Shown piece by piece: positions 18,657 to 29,125 of a DNA stretch of 64,000 nucleotides (positions are counted from its first letter, which is position 1; the number at the start of each line of letters is the position of its first letter). The stretch spans positions 22,605-86,604 of IMG/VR virus record IMGVR_UViG_3300033148_005363. One strand, 5' to 3'. Made by a program: the position numbers and the translations under genes. This stretch comes from a virus. The notes beneath the pieces were generated by a model, which was given only the letters and a program-made list of their open reading frames with translations, did not search any database and was not told where the DNA came from.

Positions 18657-20918
18657 TTAGCCCACGAGCATCTGCTCGTATTCGTTGACGACCCAGTCGA
18701 TAGCGCTGGCAGCGTTGAAGCCAACGCGGACCAGGAGCTTGCCTGCCTTCTTCACCGCCGCGGTGTTCAGCGCCGTGCCCACGTCCACGTAGAACGCATC
18801 CTCGGGGACCTCCGAATCGAAGGCGCCCAGCTTCATCTGCTCCAGCAGGTACTTGTCGACAGCGTTATGGGCGTCCGACCGAACCCGATCCGAAGGGCGC
18901 TCGTGCCGGAACACGTCCAGGCCCGCGTCGATGATCTTCTCCATCCGGGCCGTGCCGCGCCGCTGCGCGATGGTGGTCCAGTTGCCGTCACCCTTCAGGT
19001 TGCGATGACCGTCCATGAAGACCTGGCCACCCTCGGGCTGCCAGATCGGATTGATCCGACGCGGGTAGACGATATCCCGCTTCTTGACGTCGTTGCTCTC
19101 CGGGGTCTCGCGGCCAGCGATGATCTCCAGACCGGTGGCACCCTTCAGGTACCCGCGGGTCTCACCCGCCGGCTCGTCGTAGATCCCGCCCTCGCGGCCA
19201 GCATCCGTCCGCGCCATCATCCCAGCGACTGACGCTGCCGGATCCACGAGGATGTTCTCCGTGTCACCGAAGACCGCCTTGTCCGGGTTGCCGATCTTGA
19301 TCCGGGGCCAGGCGATCGAACCCTCCTCACGGTAGTTCTCGATCCCAGCCGACACCACGTGCGACACCATGGCCGCTGCGGTCATGCCCGCGGGGGTCCC
19401 CAGCACGGGGAACACCTTCCAGTCACGGTCATCATGGCAGTAGTCCACCATGCCCTTCTGCATGGTCTCGGAGGTCTGGTTCGGGATCACGAGGAGGTCG
19501 AAGTCCGTCACCGTGCCGAGCGCGTAGAGCCCGACCTCCGACACAGCGGACCCGAGGAAATCGTTGTCCACGATCCCCGCTATCGCATCCGCTCCGCCCG
19601 TGAACGGCCCGAAAGTCCCGTTGGCAGGCCGGTCCAGGAGGGGGGTCCCCAGGCCAGCGACGAGATCCGTCGGCACCACCAGATCAGACCCAGTGGTCTC
19701 CTGCGTGATCTTCGTCACGACGTGGTCCGTGCTCGTAGTGTCCACGATGCAATTCGGGAACGTCTCCAGCACCACCCCGTCCACGAGGAACGAAATGTTG
19801 AAGTACGCCGCCTCACCGCTGCTAGCGTCGGCGACTACCGTGGTCATGTCGTCCGAGTCGATCCCGAACCAGTTGGCCGTCAGGAGCACGGTGTCCGACT
19901 GCGCGACATCCGATCCCTCATGGAGAACGGTATCGAACCCGAAGCGATCCAGGGCCGTGCTTGTCGCGTCGAACTTGAAGGACGCTGCGGCGCCCGTGTC
20001 GATGGTCGAGATCCGGGCGGTGAGGTTCGCGTTCTGCGTCACCGTAACACCGACGGGGACGGCATCCTCGAAGGTTGCCTCAGCCAGCGCCTTGAATTCC
20101 GCAAAGGTCACCGCGCTCAGGTCAGCCACGTTCCCCGTCCCGCTGCCATCGGCGCCCGTCAGGCCCAAGGTCGCTGCGGCGGTCCCGCCGGTCACACGGA
20201 AGCGGGCGCCAGAGCCCTGCTGTCCCGTCTCGAAGGTCAGGTCAGGGCCAGCAACCCCCTCGTACGCGTAGGCATCCTGAAGCTGTGCCTGGACCGCGTC
20301 TGCAACATCCTGAGCACTCGCGTAAGCGATCATCCCGTCGCCGGGGATCGTGAGGATCTGGGTATGCGTGAGATCCGCGCCCACCACCACGATCAGGGTC
20401 GTATCCCCAGCGGGGGTCCACGGGTACGGGTTAGGGGCTGGGGCCGCCAACACAGAGGCGGACGTCCCGGCAAAGGTGAGGGTGTTGTCGGGATCCACAT
20501 TGACCGACCCAACCAGGGTCTCGCCGTTCTGGACCAGCCAGGGAGCGGCCACCGTGCCGTCGATGACGGCTGCGGACGGGGCCACCGCCTCGGTCTGGAG
20601 GGTGAGTTCCCCCTTCGCCGCGCTGTGGGTTCCCGCGTTGAGGTCGTCGTAGTGGACGGTCCGGAGGCAGTAAACCTTCGTCCCCTCATCCACCTCCTCG
20701 TAGAACTGCCAGGCAGCCAGGATCAGGCTGTAGTCCGCTCCGTACCCGCCGAACTTGGCGAGCACCTCTGCGAAACTGTAGCACGCGAAGGCCACCCCGA
20801 TCGGACCGCGGCCGGCCAAACCCACCAGGGTCGTCACGCCGGTCTGGCCGCGGTTGCCCAGTTTCTTGGCCGCGGCCTTCTCAAACGAAATCACCTTACT
20901 CGCGAGAAGTTGATTCAT
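18657..20918 (-). CDS. tail sheath protein with a large internal insertion
   Basis: VGLAGRGPIG, WPRIKI, AGMMARTD..GIYDEPAG, RINPI motifs; precedes the tube gene. Confidence 0.92.
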   Translation of the reverse strand: MNQLLASKVISFEKAAAKKLGNRGQTGVTTLVGLAGRGPIGVAFACYSFAEVLAKFGGYGADYSLILAAWQFYEEVDEGTKVYCLRTVHYDDLNAGTHSAAKGELTLQTEAVAPSAAVIDGTVAAPWLVQNGETLVGSVNVDPDNTLTFAGTSASVLAAPAPNPYPWTPAGDTTLIVVVGADLTHTQILTIPGDGMIAYASAQDVADAVQAQLQDAYAYEGVAGPDLTFETGQQGSGARFRVTGGTAAATLGLTGADGSGTGNVADLSAVTFAEFKALAEATFEDAVPVGVTVTQNANLTARISTIDTGAAASFKFDATSTALDRFGFDTVLHEGSDVAQSDTVLLTANWFGIDSDDMTTVVADASSGEAAYFNISFLVDGVVLETFPNCIVDTTSTDHVVTKITQETTGSDLVVPTDLVAGLGTPLLDRPANGTFGPFTGGADAIAGIVDNDFLGSAVSEVGLYALGTVTDFDLLVIPNQTSETMQKGMVDYCHDDRDWKVFPVLGTPAGMTAAAMVSHVVSAGIENYREEGSIAWPRIKIGNPDKAVFGDTENILVDPAASVAGMMARTDAGREGGIYDEPAGETRGYLKGATGLEIIAGRETPESNDVKKRDIVYPRRINPIWQPEGGQVFMDGHRNLKGDGNWTTIAQRRGTARMEKIIDAGLDVFRHERPSDRVRSDAHNAVDKYLLEQMKLGAFDSEVPEDAFYVDVGTALNTAAVKKAGKLLVRVGFNAASAIDWVVNEYEQMLVG

Positions 20919-20993
20919 GACTTCCTCCGTCAGATCTGACGCTGATACCGTATCACGCCAGATTCACAATCCACAAGACCCAATTTCCAGATC

Positions 20994-22004
20994 CTAATCG
21001 TCGCTCAAAACCTGGGCATCCAACTCGGACACCTCGCCGTCCACTCCGCTACCGAGGATACCGCTGATCACCTGTGGCAGGAAGGACTCGATATCGATCT
21101 CCTTCACCACCCACGTCTGCCGAAAATACTGGACGTTGCTGTTGCCCTTCGCCGCACCGAAAGCCATCTCCGTGTCAGGCAGGATCGGGTATATCTTGTC
21201 GCCGCGATCAGCATCGTCCGGGTCAGCCGCAACGGTCAGCGTCCGATTCATCTTGAAAAACCGCGTCACAGCGGAGGACAGATTCATCAGATGCTTGTCG
21301 TTGTTCACCACCCCGATCACTTGGAACCGAAGATCCACCGTCTCCGGGGTCTCGATCTCTACCGTCCCCAGCGCACTATCCAACGTCTCCGCGCCCCGCT
21401 CCAGTGTCATGCCCATCCGGTCGAACGGGATCCCCTGGATACTGAGGCTGATCGCCGGGAGCTCCGAGAGTTGCGTAACCGCCGATCCGTCCACCGTGTC
21501 GTCGTAGTCCGTGTGGACCGTGGTCACCACGTTCCGCATCACCTGCCTGCGCATCAACTGAATGAGTTGGCGAATCACCCGCATGGCCATGCTGTCGCGC
21601 TTCAGGTCCGGGTACTCGTAGGAGAAGGCCTCCTCAAGCGTGGCCTCCTCGTCGGGAATCGGGTCGCCATCTTCGTCGATGTTCCGAACGGTGATGTCCA
21701 CCGCGCCCTTCACCGCCCCGGTTTTCCTGTCCGTCACGTACGTCGCTGGGGTCCCCCCTGGGACACGGCAGAAGAGGATGCGGTCCCCGGGATCACCATC
21801 GGGATCATCGATCACCCCCGTGTGTTTCCAGTTGCATTCAACGCCGTCGAAGAGGACAGCCACGTGCTTCTTCAGGTCTCCAGCGGGGCCTGTCGCCGGT
21901 GGTGCGTGCGGAAAGGCGATGTTCGCCCCCCGGATCGTCACCAGGTAGTTCCCGTGGCTCAGGCCAACGACGGGGGTCACGGATGTAATCGTGGGCACTG
22001 CCAT
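20994..22004 (-). CDS. IPT/TIG-domain tail terminator-like protein
   Basis: PTITSVTPVVG..GNYLVTIRGANI N-terminus; position between neck genes and sheath. Confidence 0.65.
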   Translation of the reverse strand: MAVPTITSVTPVVGLSHGNYLVTIRGANIAFPHAPPATGPAGDLKKHVAVLFDGVECNWKHTGVIDDPDGDPGDRILFCRVPGGTPATYVTDRKTGAVKGAVDITVRNIDEDGDPIPDEEATLEEAFSYEYPDLKRDSMAMRVIRQLIQLMRRQVMRNVVTTVHTDYDDTVDGSAVTQLSELPAISLSIQGIPFDRMGMTLERGAETLDSALGTVEIETPETVDLRFQVIGVVNNDKHLMNLSSAVTRFFKMNRTLTVAADPDDADRGDKIYPILPDTEMAFGAAKGNSNVQYFRQTWVVKEIDIESFLPQVISGILGSGVDGEVSELDAQVLSDD

Positions 22005-22619
22005 CTATGGCCTCCCTGCCACGCCGTTCAGCAGGACAGCGACCCGAGCAGCATACCGGCGCTTGAGCCCGATACGCCACTTCTTGAACGCGGGCTCCAT
22101 GAACGGATAGGGGGGGATGCTATAGGTCAGGACCGTAGTACTCGCCTTCAGCGGGGCCTTGATCGTGCCCTGAATGAACAACGCGAGGAAGAGCCGCCGC
22201 ACCGCCGGGGTCACTGGCACCACCACCACCGGGACCCCGTACTCAAGGGCCTTGGCTACATTCACCAGCCCCTGCCCGTCCCTACCCACTGCCGACCTCT
22301 TGACACCCACGAAATACGCAGCGCGGCCACCCATGTACATATGCGTAACGCTAACGTTGTTCCGCAGGTCCCCGTGCCGCATCAACGCCTTCGTCCCGCT
22401 GAACCCCTGCAACTTTCGGATACCCAACGTGATCGGAGACAGGGACGAGAACGCCCGCCCGCCCGGGGCTTGGTTCGTAATCCCCTGGACGATCTCGCGC
22501 CGGAGTGCGTGGGCCTCCAGCGCGGCCGCCCGCGTCTGCGCTCGCTCCATTTTCTCAGGGAGGGTACGCAGGATACGCCCGGTCTTCCGCCAGTCGCCTG
22601 TGAGTTGGATCTCTGACAT
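22005..22619 (-). CDS. neck / virion morphogenesis protein (HK97 gp10-like)
   Basis: VAKALEYG and IPPYPFMEPAF motifs. Confidence 0.7.
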   Translation of the reverse strand: MSEIQLTGDWRKTGRILRTLPEKMERAQTRAAALEAHALRREIVQGITNQAPGGRAFSSLSPITLGIRKLQGFSGTKALMRHGDLRNNVSVTHMYMGGRAAYFVGVKRSAVGRDGQGLVNVAKALEYGVPVVVVPVTPAVRRLFLALFIQGTIKAPLKASTTVLTYSIPPYPFMEPAFKKWRIGLKRRYAARVAVLLNGVAGRP

Positions 22620-23101
22620 CAGACCCGTGCCCCCTGCTCCCGGACATCGAGGGCCACCTGCCAGAAATTCATGCCCCCCTCGAGCACCGCGGGCCGCACC
22701 TCAGTGACGTAGACCGGCACGCGGTCGAAGGACACCGCCGGGCGCTTGAATCGATCCAGCAACCTGCTCACCCTGTCATTGACCCGGATGCTGATCCCGC
22801 CCGTGCCATCGAGGAGGCCAGCCCGTTGCAGGTCGCGTTTGTGGGCAAAAAACTTCAGATTGGTGGACGGGACATTCCCCGTCGCCACCTGGGCCAAACC
22901 CTCGAAATCCTGCATGTCGATGGTCGCCTTCAGCAGGATCGCATCCGCCTCCGGACGCTTGAGGGTGCCGACCTTGTCGTCGTCATCGGCGACGAAGAGG
23001 GCCTCGCTCAGGTCGTCGTCGTAGATGTCCACGTCCTCGATCTCGGTGACGAGTTGCCGCAGCTCCACGTAGAACGGATGGATGGCTCGTCCCGATGCCA
23101 T
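22619..23101 (-). CDS. head closure / head-tail joining protein
   Basis: Size and position in the neck module; translationally coupled. Confidence 0.55.
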   Translation of the reverse strand: MASGRAIHPFYVELRQLVTEIEDVDIYDDDLSEALFVADDDDKVGTLKRPEADAILLKATIDMQDFEGLAQVATGNVPSTNLKFFAHKRDLQRAGLLDGTGGISIRVNDRVSRLLDRFKRPAVSFDRVPVYVTEVRPAVLEGGMNFWQVALDVREQGARV

Positions 23102-23103
23102 GA

Positions 23104-24126
23104 CTACACGACCACCACACGCGGGGGCCGGACGTACTCAAGAAGGAGGTCATCGATCTCCGCGTCCCCGGTAATGGCACCGGCGCGCCCCCGGAAAAAC
23201 GCGGTGCCGTGGCTGCCCATGCGATCGCTCTGGACAAGGTGCCGCGTCGTCCGATCCTCAACGTCGTCGTAGAACTTCTGCGGCGAAGACTGCCGAACCG
23301 CGAGCAATACCGCGGCCCGCCGCAACGGAAGCGGGAGGTGACCCGGCCCCGGCACTCCGACATCAGGATCCGTGTAGCCGAACACTCCGCTCAACCAGTA
23401 AAGGTACCCTGTCGACCACGTGCCGCCATGAATCAGAAGCCCGGGGAGTACCCGGTCGTCGCGCTGCCCAGCCCCCTGGGTTCGGAGATGACGATTCAGG
23501 ACCTCGACCTCGTCCAGGTCGTAGTCATCGGAATCCCGGACTCCACTGGCGATCATCCCCTCCTGTACCGACTCCAGACCGATGATCGGGTCGGGCAGTA
23601 CCAAAAGATCATTACCGGTGCCGCGCGCCTCCACCTCGGTCCCCACGGGGCCGAACCACTGCCGTCCAGTCACGCCCCGGATATGCTGCGCAACCCGCGA
23701 AAGGACGCCCTGCAGCCGCTCGTCCGAGATGTCATCGGAATCGAACCCCTCGGCCCTCACCTCGTACGGGAGGCAAAGCCAAGTAGTGGGGTCCTCCCAA
23801 AGCACGGAGGCCACCTCAAAGTCGCGCCGGACGCTGTACTGTGCCCCGCCATCCACCACGGTCCACTGCCAGCGGACCTGCCATCTCCCGGCAGTCGCGT
23901 CCTCAGCGATCTCCTCGTCCACGCAATACCGCCCGGTGGACACCTTCACGGCGTCCGTCCAGCCCGCGGTAATGTGCGCCGGGGCATCGCCAGCCATGTC
24001 CCAGAGTTGATACTGAATTGAATAGGGGTCGATCAATCGACCGGTTTCTGGATCGATGACCCAAAGATCGAGGAGAAATTCGGCTGCCCCGGATCCGAGG
24101 CTACTTCCCTGCACCACCGTCAGCAT
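23104..24126 (-). CDS. head-tail adaptor with N-terminal Ig-like domain
   Basis: HIRGVTGRQWF, GVFGY, PLPLRRAAVLLA, TGDAEIDDLL motifs. Confidence 0.7.
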   Translation of the reverse strand: MLTVVQGSSLGSGAAEFLLDLWVIDPETGRLIDPYSIQYQLWDMAGDAPAHITAGWTDAVKVSTGRYCVDEEIAEDATAGRWQVRWQWTVVDGGAQYSVRRDFEVASVLWEDPTTWLCLPYEVRAEGFDSDDISDERLQGVLSRVAQHIRGVTGRQWFGPVGTEVEARGTGNDLLVLPDPIIGLESVQEGMIASGVRDSDDYDLDEVEVLNRHLRTQGAGQRDDRVLPGLLIHGGTWSTGYLYWLSGVFGYTDPDVGVPGPGHLPLPLRRAAVLLAVRQSSPQKFYDDVEDRTTRHLVQSDRMGSHGTAFFRGRAGAITGDAEIDDLLLEYVRPPRVVVV

Positions 24127-24559
24127 CGGCCTTCCCCTCTGCCCCGCCTGCGTCAGCGCCGGGGGGCTTCTCCTCCGACTCCGCCGCCTGTTCGATCATG
24201 GTCTGGAGTTGCTTCGCCGTCATCGCCGCCTCGCGAGCCTGGCCCGTCCTCTCGTCGGAGAGTTTCATCTGCGCGCCAGCCTCGGCAAACAGCTCCTGCC
24301 CGACACCGTCGACCAAGTCGAGACACATCTTCCGCAGAGCCGCCTGGGTGTCCCCATCCTTCTCGTTGAGCACCTTGTCCCAGGCAATCCGCAGTTCGTC
24401 CTGCGCCGCCTCGCCCTCCATCCGTGCCCGCATCTTCGCTGGCAACGCTTGCGAGAGTTTGGCCAGCACCGTGGACGCGCCCCTATGCTGCGTCGACACC
24501 TGCATGTACTGCGCCGCAGCCGCTTTCTTGGTCTTCACGAATTCATCAGTCCCTTGCAC
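24101..24559 (-). CDS. hypothetical helical protein
   Basis: Overlapping, operon-like ORF. Confidence 0.55.
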   Translation of the reverse strand: MQGTDEFVKTKKAAAAQYMQVSTQHRGASTVLAKLSQALPAKMRARMEGEAAQDELRIAWDKVLNEKDGDTQAALRKMCLDLVDGVGQELFAEAGAQMKLSDERTGQAREAAMTAKQLQTMIEQAAESEEKPPGADAGGAEGKADADGGAGK

Positions 24560-24803
24560 GATCTTTCTCCCCCGGACCCAGCGGCCGCGTCAACTTCTTC
24601 ATCGCCCGCTGGCTCGAATCGAACCGCGCAGACTCCGAATTGGCAAACTCGATCCTGAGTCCTTCTGCTTTACCTTGGGGATCTGCGAATGCGAAGCGGT
24701 ACCGGCGACGATCGAGCTTGACGGCGCTGAGCACCTCCAACCCCCGCATGTGCCAGAACGCAGCGATCGACAGATCCGGGGTCGTTGCGACCCTGTCACT
24801 CAC
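24546..24803 (-). CDS. DUF5659-like small protein
   Basis: TTPDLSIAAFW..RG...RYRFAF motif. Confidence 0.55.
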   Translation of the reverse strand: MSDRVATTPDLSIAAFWHMRGLEVLSAVKLDRRRYRFAFADPQGKAEGLRIEFANSESARFDSSQRAMKKLTRPLGPGEKDRARD

Positions 24804-25456
24804 TTCGAACCGCCCTGGCCGCCCTTCTTCCGGGGCTGCCGCTTCTTGGGCGCCTTCTTCGCCGGGGCCTTCTTCTTCGCCGGGGCAGGCTTGGGCGCGG
24901 GCTTCGGACCGGACGAGAACGATGTCCTGAGAACAGGGACAGGATCGGAGGCAGACAGCGGATCGACCACGGGGGCCGCGTCCGCCTTCTCGCTCTCCGC
25001 ACCGTCCGGCTCGTCCCCGCCGTCACCGTCCAGGCGCTCAGCCAGCCGCGCGTTCTGCCGGCGCTCCTCGCGCAATTCGGTGCCCTGCGCCTCGACCTGA
25101 GCCCGCAGTTTCCGAAGTTCATCCATGACCACGGGATCGCCGCCCATCAGTTCTGACGGGTGCTGAATCTCCATATCGGTAGCGCCGACCACGGGAAACG
25201 CGTCCTCGTTCTTCCGCCGCTGCTCCACCTCCCACTGCCGCGCCTGGGATTCGGACATCACCAGGAACGCAAGCGGGCTGGACGGGTCTTCGGGGCTGGA
25301 CCGAACCTTGCGCAGCTCAGCCGCCAACTCCGGGGCGACCGAACGCCAGTTCCCATCGTTGAGGAATATGGTCCCGCGGTAGTTGAGCCGCCGCAGCATG
25401 TGCCGAGTTGCCCGATTGTACGGGACCATCTTGACCAGGATTTTCTCGCTCATCAT
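24800..25456 (-). CDS. hypothetical protein with basic KKAPAKK tail
   Basis: SD GAGGAG; histone H1-like C-terminus. Confidence 0.65.
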   Translation of the reverse strand: MMSEKILVKMVPYNRATRHMLRRLNYRGTIFLNDGNWRSVAPELAAELRKVRSSPEDPSSPLAFLVMSESQARQWEVEQRRKNEDAFPVVGATDMEIQHPSELMGGDPVVMDELRKLRAQVEAQGTELREERRQNARLAERLDGDGGDEPDGAESEKADAAPVVDPLSASDPVPVLRTSFSSGPKPAPKPAPAKKKAPAKKAPKKRQPRKKGGQGGSK

Positions 25457-25518
25457 CGTCTCCTCTACCTGTGAGCGCGCCCCCGGTTGCCCGGGGGAAC
25501 GCTGGTTCGATCAGCCTA

Positions 25519-27189
25519 TCAGGCGCTGCCGATCTCGTGGTTGTGGTCCGCCTCACCGGTGATAACGTGCGTGTGCGCGCTCTCCGCGTCGGTGGTCGCA
25601 GGCAGGCCGTGCGTGTGCGTGGACTCCGCGTCGGCGGTGACGCCCGTAGCACCAGCCGCGATTGCATGGGTGTGCGTGGATTCGGCCGCGTTGGTGCCCG
25701 CAGCCACCATCCCGTACTGCGCCCGCTCGTCGTCGGTCGCGCTGTACTTGTCGCCAGCATCGCCAGCGCCGGTGAAGTCCGCGTTGAGGCGGTTGGTGTC
25801 CGCCACCGCACCGTCGTCGAAACTCACAGCGATCCCGCTGGGGGCGGCCTCATGAACAATCTTCACCAGCAGACCAGTGGTGGTCGGGATGTAGATGTCC
25901 TTGCCGTCCCGGGTGTTGTTGCACCGGAACCGCTCACCGTCGGCCAGGTCCTTGTCGAAATTCACAGCGAAACCAGCAGGCACACCCTGATGATCGACTT
26001 CGATCAGGCTGCCGTCAGCCAGCTCGTAGTCCATGGGGGTACCGGCAACAGCGTTGTTGGCGTTCATGACCCCGAACATGCCCATTACGCTCACAACGTG
26101 CAACGCGTTGCCTGCCACCACACCGGCGTTGTCCTCCACTTTCGCGTTCGTGGTCGGCAGAGCCGTACCGGTGAACGCGTGGTTGTGGGCCGCGCCTGCG
26201 GCAGTCGCCGCGCCGTGATCGTGGTTCGGATCCGTCACCGCGTGGGTGTGCGCCGCACCAGCGTCGGACGGCCCCGTGATCGGGTGGCTGTGTGCTCCAC
26301 CCGCCCCGGTTGCCGCGCCGTGATCATGCGCGCCTGCGTCCTTGGCCTGAGCCAGTGCCCACGCCGCGCCGGTATAGACGTAGATCCGATCCTCGTCCGC
26401 CACCCACACGGTCAGCCCCTCGGTGGAGACGACCTCGATCCAGGCCGAGCCGTCGTAGACGTAGCAATTGCCGTCCGTCCAGCCGTTCGCCGTCGCCGTA
26501 GCGATGTAGGCATCCCAGTCCGCGGGGCCGGCCGGAGTTGCCGCAGTGGGATCGAACCGATCCAGGACCCCTTCCAACGCCAGGATGGTCAGGGCCGCGT
26601 GCTGCGCCTCCGTCAGGTGGTAGTACTCACCAGCGGTACCGCCCTGGAGCGACGCCAGGATCCCATGCACCAGGCCCTTCTCCAAGTAGTCCCAGGCCGC
26701 ACCGTCGAAGGTGTACCAGCGATCCTCGTCCTCCACCCGCATGGCCGCACCCTCGTCGGGGACAAACTCATCCCACGCGCCGGTGCTGTTGCAGGTGTAG
26801 ATGTAGTTCTCGGTCCAGGTGTTGGCCGTCGCCGTCGCCAGGTACCGGTCTCCCTCGGTGGGAGTCACCGGCAGGTTGGGGGTCGGATCATACCGATCCA
26901 GGACGCTTTCCTGGGGATCCTTGTCCCCCATCAGCCCGGATTCCAGACTGCCACGATCCACGCCCAGCACCACGAGCTGCGTGGCGCCCGTCGCCGTGAC
27001 GAACGTCAGGTATGTGGTCTTCAGCGCGTTGAGGTACAGGGTTATGTCCCCCGTCACCGCATCGACGTCGACCGTCAGATTCTGCCGGGCGATGGACGCT
27101 CGCAGGGCCGCCACAGCATCGGGCGCATGGCGCACCGACAGATGGGTCCCGGGGACGCCTCGCTCGGGAAGGTTGGTCAAGTTAGCCAT
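25519..27189 (-). CDS. putative head fibre: two DUF2793-like repeats plus HxH-repeat needle
   Basis: Duplicated VLDRxDP...W...EG..V.DEDR.Y..GAAW units and nine H-x-H motifs; directly follows the capsid gene. Confidence 0.7.
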   Translation of the reverse strand: MANLTNLPERGVPGTHLSVRHAPDAVAALRASIARQNLTVDVDAVTGDITLYLNALKTTYLTFVTATGATQLVVLGVDRGSLESGLMGDKDPQESVLDRYDPTPNLPVTPTEGDRYLATATANTWTENYIYTCNSTGAWDEFVPDEGAAMRVEDEDRWYTFDGAAWDYLEKGLVHGILASLQGGTAGEYYHLTEAQHAALTILALEGVLDRFDPTAATPAGPADWDAYIATATANGWTDGNCYVYDGSAWIEVVSTEGLTVWVADEDRIYVYTGAAWALAQAKDAGAHDHGAATGAGGAHSHPITGPSDAGAAHTHAVTDPNHDHGAATAAGAAHNHAFTGTALPTTNAKVEDNAGVVAGNALHVVSVMGMFGVMNANNAVAGTPMDYELADGSLIEVDHQGVPAGFAVNFDKDLADGERFRCNNTRDGKDIYIPTTTGLLVKIVHEAAPSGIAVSFDDGAVADTNRLNADFTGAGDAGDKYSATDDERAQYGMVAAGTNAAESTHTHAIAAGATGVTADAESTHTHGLPATTDAESAHTHVITGEADHNHEIGSA

Positions 27190-27233
27190 TGGTCTCTCCT
27201 TCCTCCATGGGGATTTCTACGCAGCCCAAGGGC

Positions 27234-28169
27234 TTACGCGTAGGTGATCCCGGTCCCCTTCACGATCCCTTCCTCTTCGCCGAACGTGCAATCCGCACGC
27301 ACGGAGATCAGGATGTAGACCACGCCGTCCCGCTTGGACACCTCGTGCTCCACGTCGATCTTCCGCTGGAAGCCGACGATGAAGTTCTTGCCCGCACCCA
27401 TCAGCGCCGTGGAATCGGCGCCGGTGCCCTGGGTGTCAGGCATGACCGGCACGCCCACGACAGGCATACCCTGCCAGCGCGGGGTCATCCCCTCGATCGC
27501 TGCCCGGTCACCCGCGGGGGTGCCGCGCTCACCGATCTGGTCCGCGTACTCGGACTCGGCATCGGAGCCCGTGTAGCAGGTCATCGTCTTCTTGCCGCGA
27601 CGCTGGGCCTTGGGCATGGTTGCCCACATGGCCTTGAAGACATCCTTGGAAACGATGTCCCCGCCCGCGGCGTAGACATTCGAGGTCGCCTTCTTGATCC
27701 AGCCGTTGAGGACGGCCAGGAAGGTGTCCACAGACGCGTCGTCCCCGTTGAGGAAGAGCTCGTCGAGGTCCAGCCCCGCGCGCTCCACCATCAGGGAGGT
27801 GATGAGGGCCTGGAACTTCTTGCCCTCGATGTTGTCCTCGAAGACCTCACGGGGGATGTCGCACTCCCCCTTCAGGAGCTTCGCGGTCAGGGTGTCCCGA
27901 CCGAGATCCGGCTTGACCCGGCTGCCCGAACCCACGGCCGCCCCGGAGGTACCCGCAGCCAGCACGCGGGAGCTGGTGAAGCCCACGTTCTCGACCCGGC
28001 GCTCGTTGCTCTTCATCGTGAGCACTCGGGCCCGCGGGAGGATGGTTGACGAAGCGATCAGCTTCTTGAGGAATTGCTTGGCCTGCTCGGGGACCAACAC
28101 ACCACCATCGGTGGTCAGGTCAGCGAGGGCCATGTCGGCTTTCTGAACCCAGGTGCGCGCGTCTTTCAT
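27234..28169 (-). CDS. major capsid protein (HK97 fold)
   Basis: GGVLVPEQAKQF, EDNIEG..F, DLDELFLNGD, NGWIK motifs. Confidence 0.92.
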   Translation of the reverse strand: MKDARTWVQKADMALADLTTDGGVLVPEQAKQFLKKLIASSTILPRARVLTMKSNERRVENVGFTSSRVLAAGTSGAAVGSGSRVKPDLGRDTLTAKLLKGECDIPREVFEDNIEGKKFQALITSLMVERAGLDLDELFLNGDDASVDTFLAVLNGWIKKATSNVYAAGGDIVSKDVFKAMWATMPKAQRRGKKTMTCYTGSDAESEYADQIGERGTPAGDRAAIEGMTPRWQGMPVVGVPVMPDTQGTGADSTALMGAGKNFIVGFQRKIDVEHEVSKRDGVVYILISVRADCTFGEEEGIVKGTGITYA

Positions 28170-28242
28170 CGGTCTCTCCTAGAGATTGAAGTTGTCATCT
28201 GCGCCTACCCGATCCCCCCTGACTACATCAGCCCACCGAGGC

Positions 28243-29121
28243 TCAACTGCCCGAAGCAGCCCCACCCCCCTCTTCATCGCTGGCCAGATCAGCCGGCCAA
28301 TCCGTATCCCCGTCTCCGTTTTCGTCCTTTCGGACATGGGAGGCATTGAATCCGTCATCTGGATCCAGCGCTCCCGGGCTGAAGACTCGCGCCTTCAGAG
28401 CACGCACCTGGCGATTTGCGTCTGCAACTTGACCCGCCAGTCGGTCGCTGCGGCCCTCCAGAGCCTTGCAGACTGTCTGGTAACCCTCGACGAGGCCCGT
28501 GGCCTTCGTGAGGTCGTCACGGAGATCGGCGCCCTGCACTGCCTTGCTCAACAGGCCTTGCAGAACCGCACGGAGTTCACTCATGTCCTTCTTCTCGTCG
28601 GTGCCCGCAGGGGCCGCTGCCTTGCCGTGGATCAGCCCGGGGTGCTCACCCTTGTGGATATCCAGCACGATCCCGAAGGCCTTCCCGATGGTGGCCAGGC
28701 TCTCGCTCACCTCAGTCGGGAACACCACGTCGTCGGGGAAAAGCCCCGCGTCCTTCTGGACCTTCCCGAGTGCGTCGTCGAACTTCACGAAGAACTCACC
28801 GATATGCTTCAGCATCATCTGCAAATTCTCGGCCACGACGGGATGGCACTTCATCGTCGAGAGGTCAGGGACCACCAGATCCGACAGCCCCCAGAGCGGC
28901 ATGAGGGGCATCCGCTCCCAGCCGCCCTTCTCCACATCCACGCCCTTGGCCAGGGCGCTGGAATAGGCCACGCTCTTCTCGACCATGTCCACCACGTCAT
29001 CGCCCGGGAGATCGGACTTGATGACCACGAACTTCTCGCCGTTCGCTGCCCGCCCAACGATGGAGACCTCTTCGATGTCCATGTCGGTCAGTCGCGTCCG
29101 TTTGACTACACTTCGCAGCAT
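28243..29121 (-). CDS. capsid scaffold with N-terminal prohead-protease fragment
   Basis: N-terminal RLTDMDIEEVSIVGRAAN..F...KS, coiled-coil C-terminus; lies just before the MCP. Confidence 0.7.
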   Translation of the reverse strand: MLRSVVKRTRLTDMDIEEVSIVGRAANGEKFVVIKSDLPGDDVVDMVEKSVAYSSALAKGVDVEKGGWERMPLMPLWGLSDLVVPDLSTMKCHPVVAENLQMMLKHIGEFFVKFDDALGKVQKDAGLFPDDVVFPTEVSESLATIGKAFGIVLDIHKGEHPGLIHGKAAAPAGTDEKKDMSELRAVLQGLLSKAVQGADLRDDLTKATGLVEGYQTVCKALEGRSDRLAGQVADANRQVRALKARVFSPGALDPDDGFNASHVRKDENGDGDTDWPADLASDEEGGGAASGS

Positions 29122-29125
29122 CGTC

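Noticed and set aside
9265-20918. Stand-alone extracellular contractile injection system or tailocin
   Set aside because: The tail genes are contiguous with capsid, portal and terminase genes, so this is a phage.
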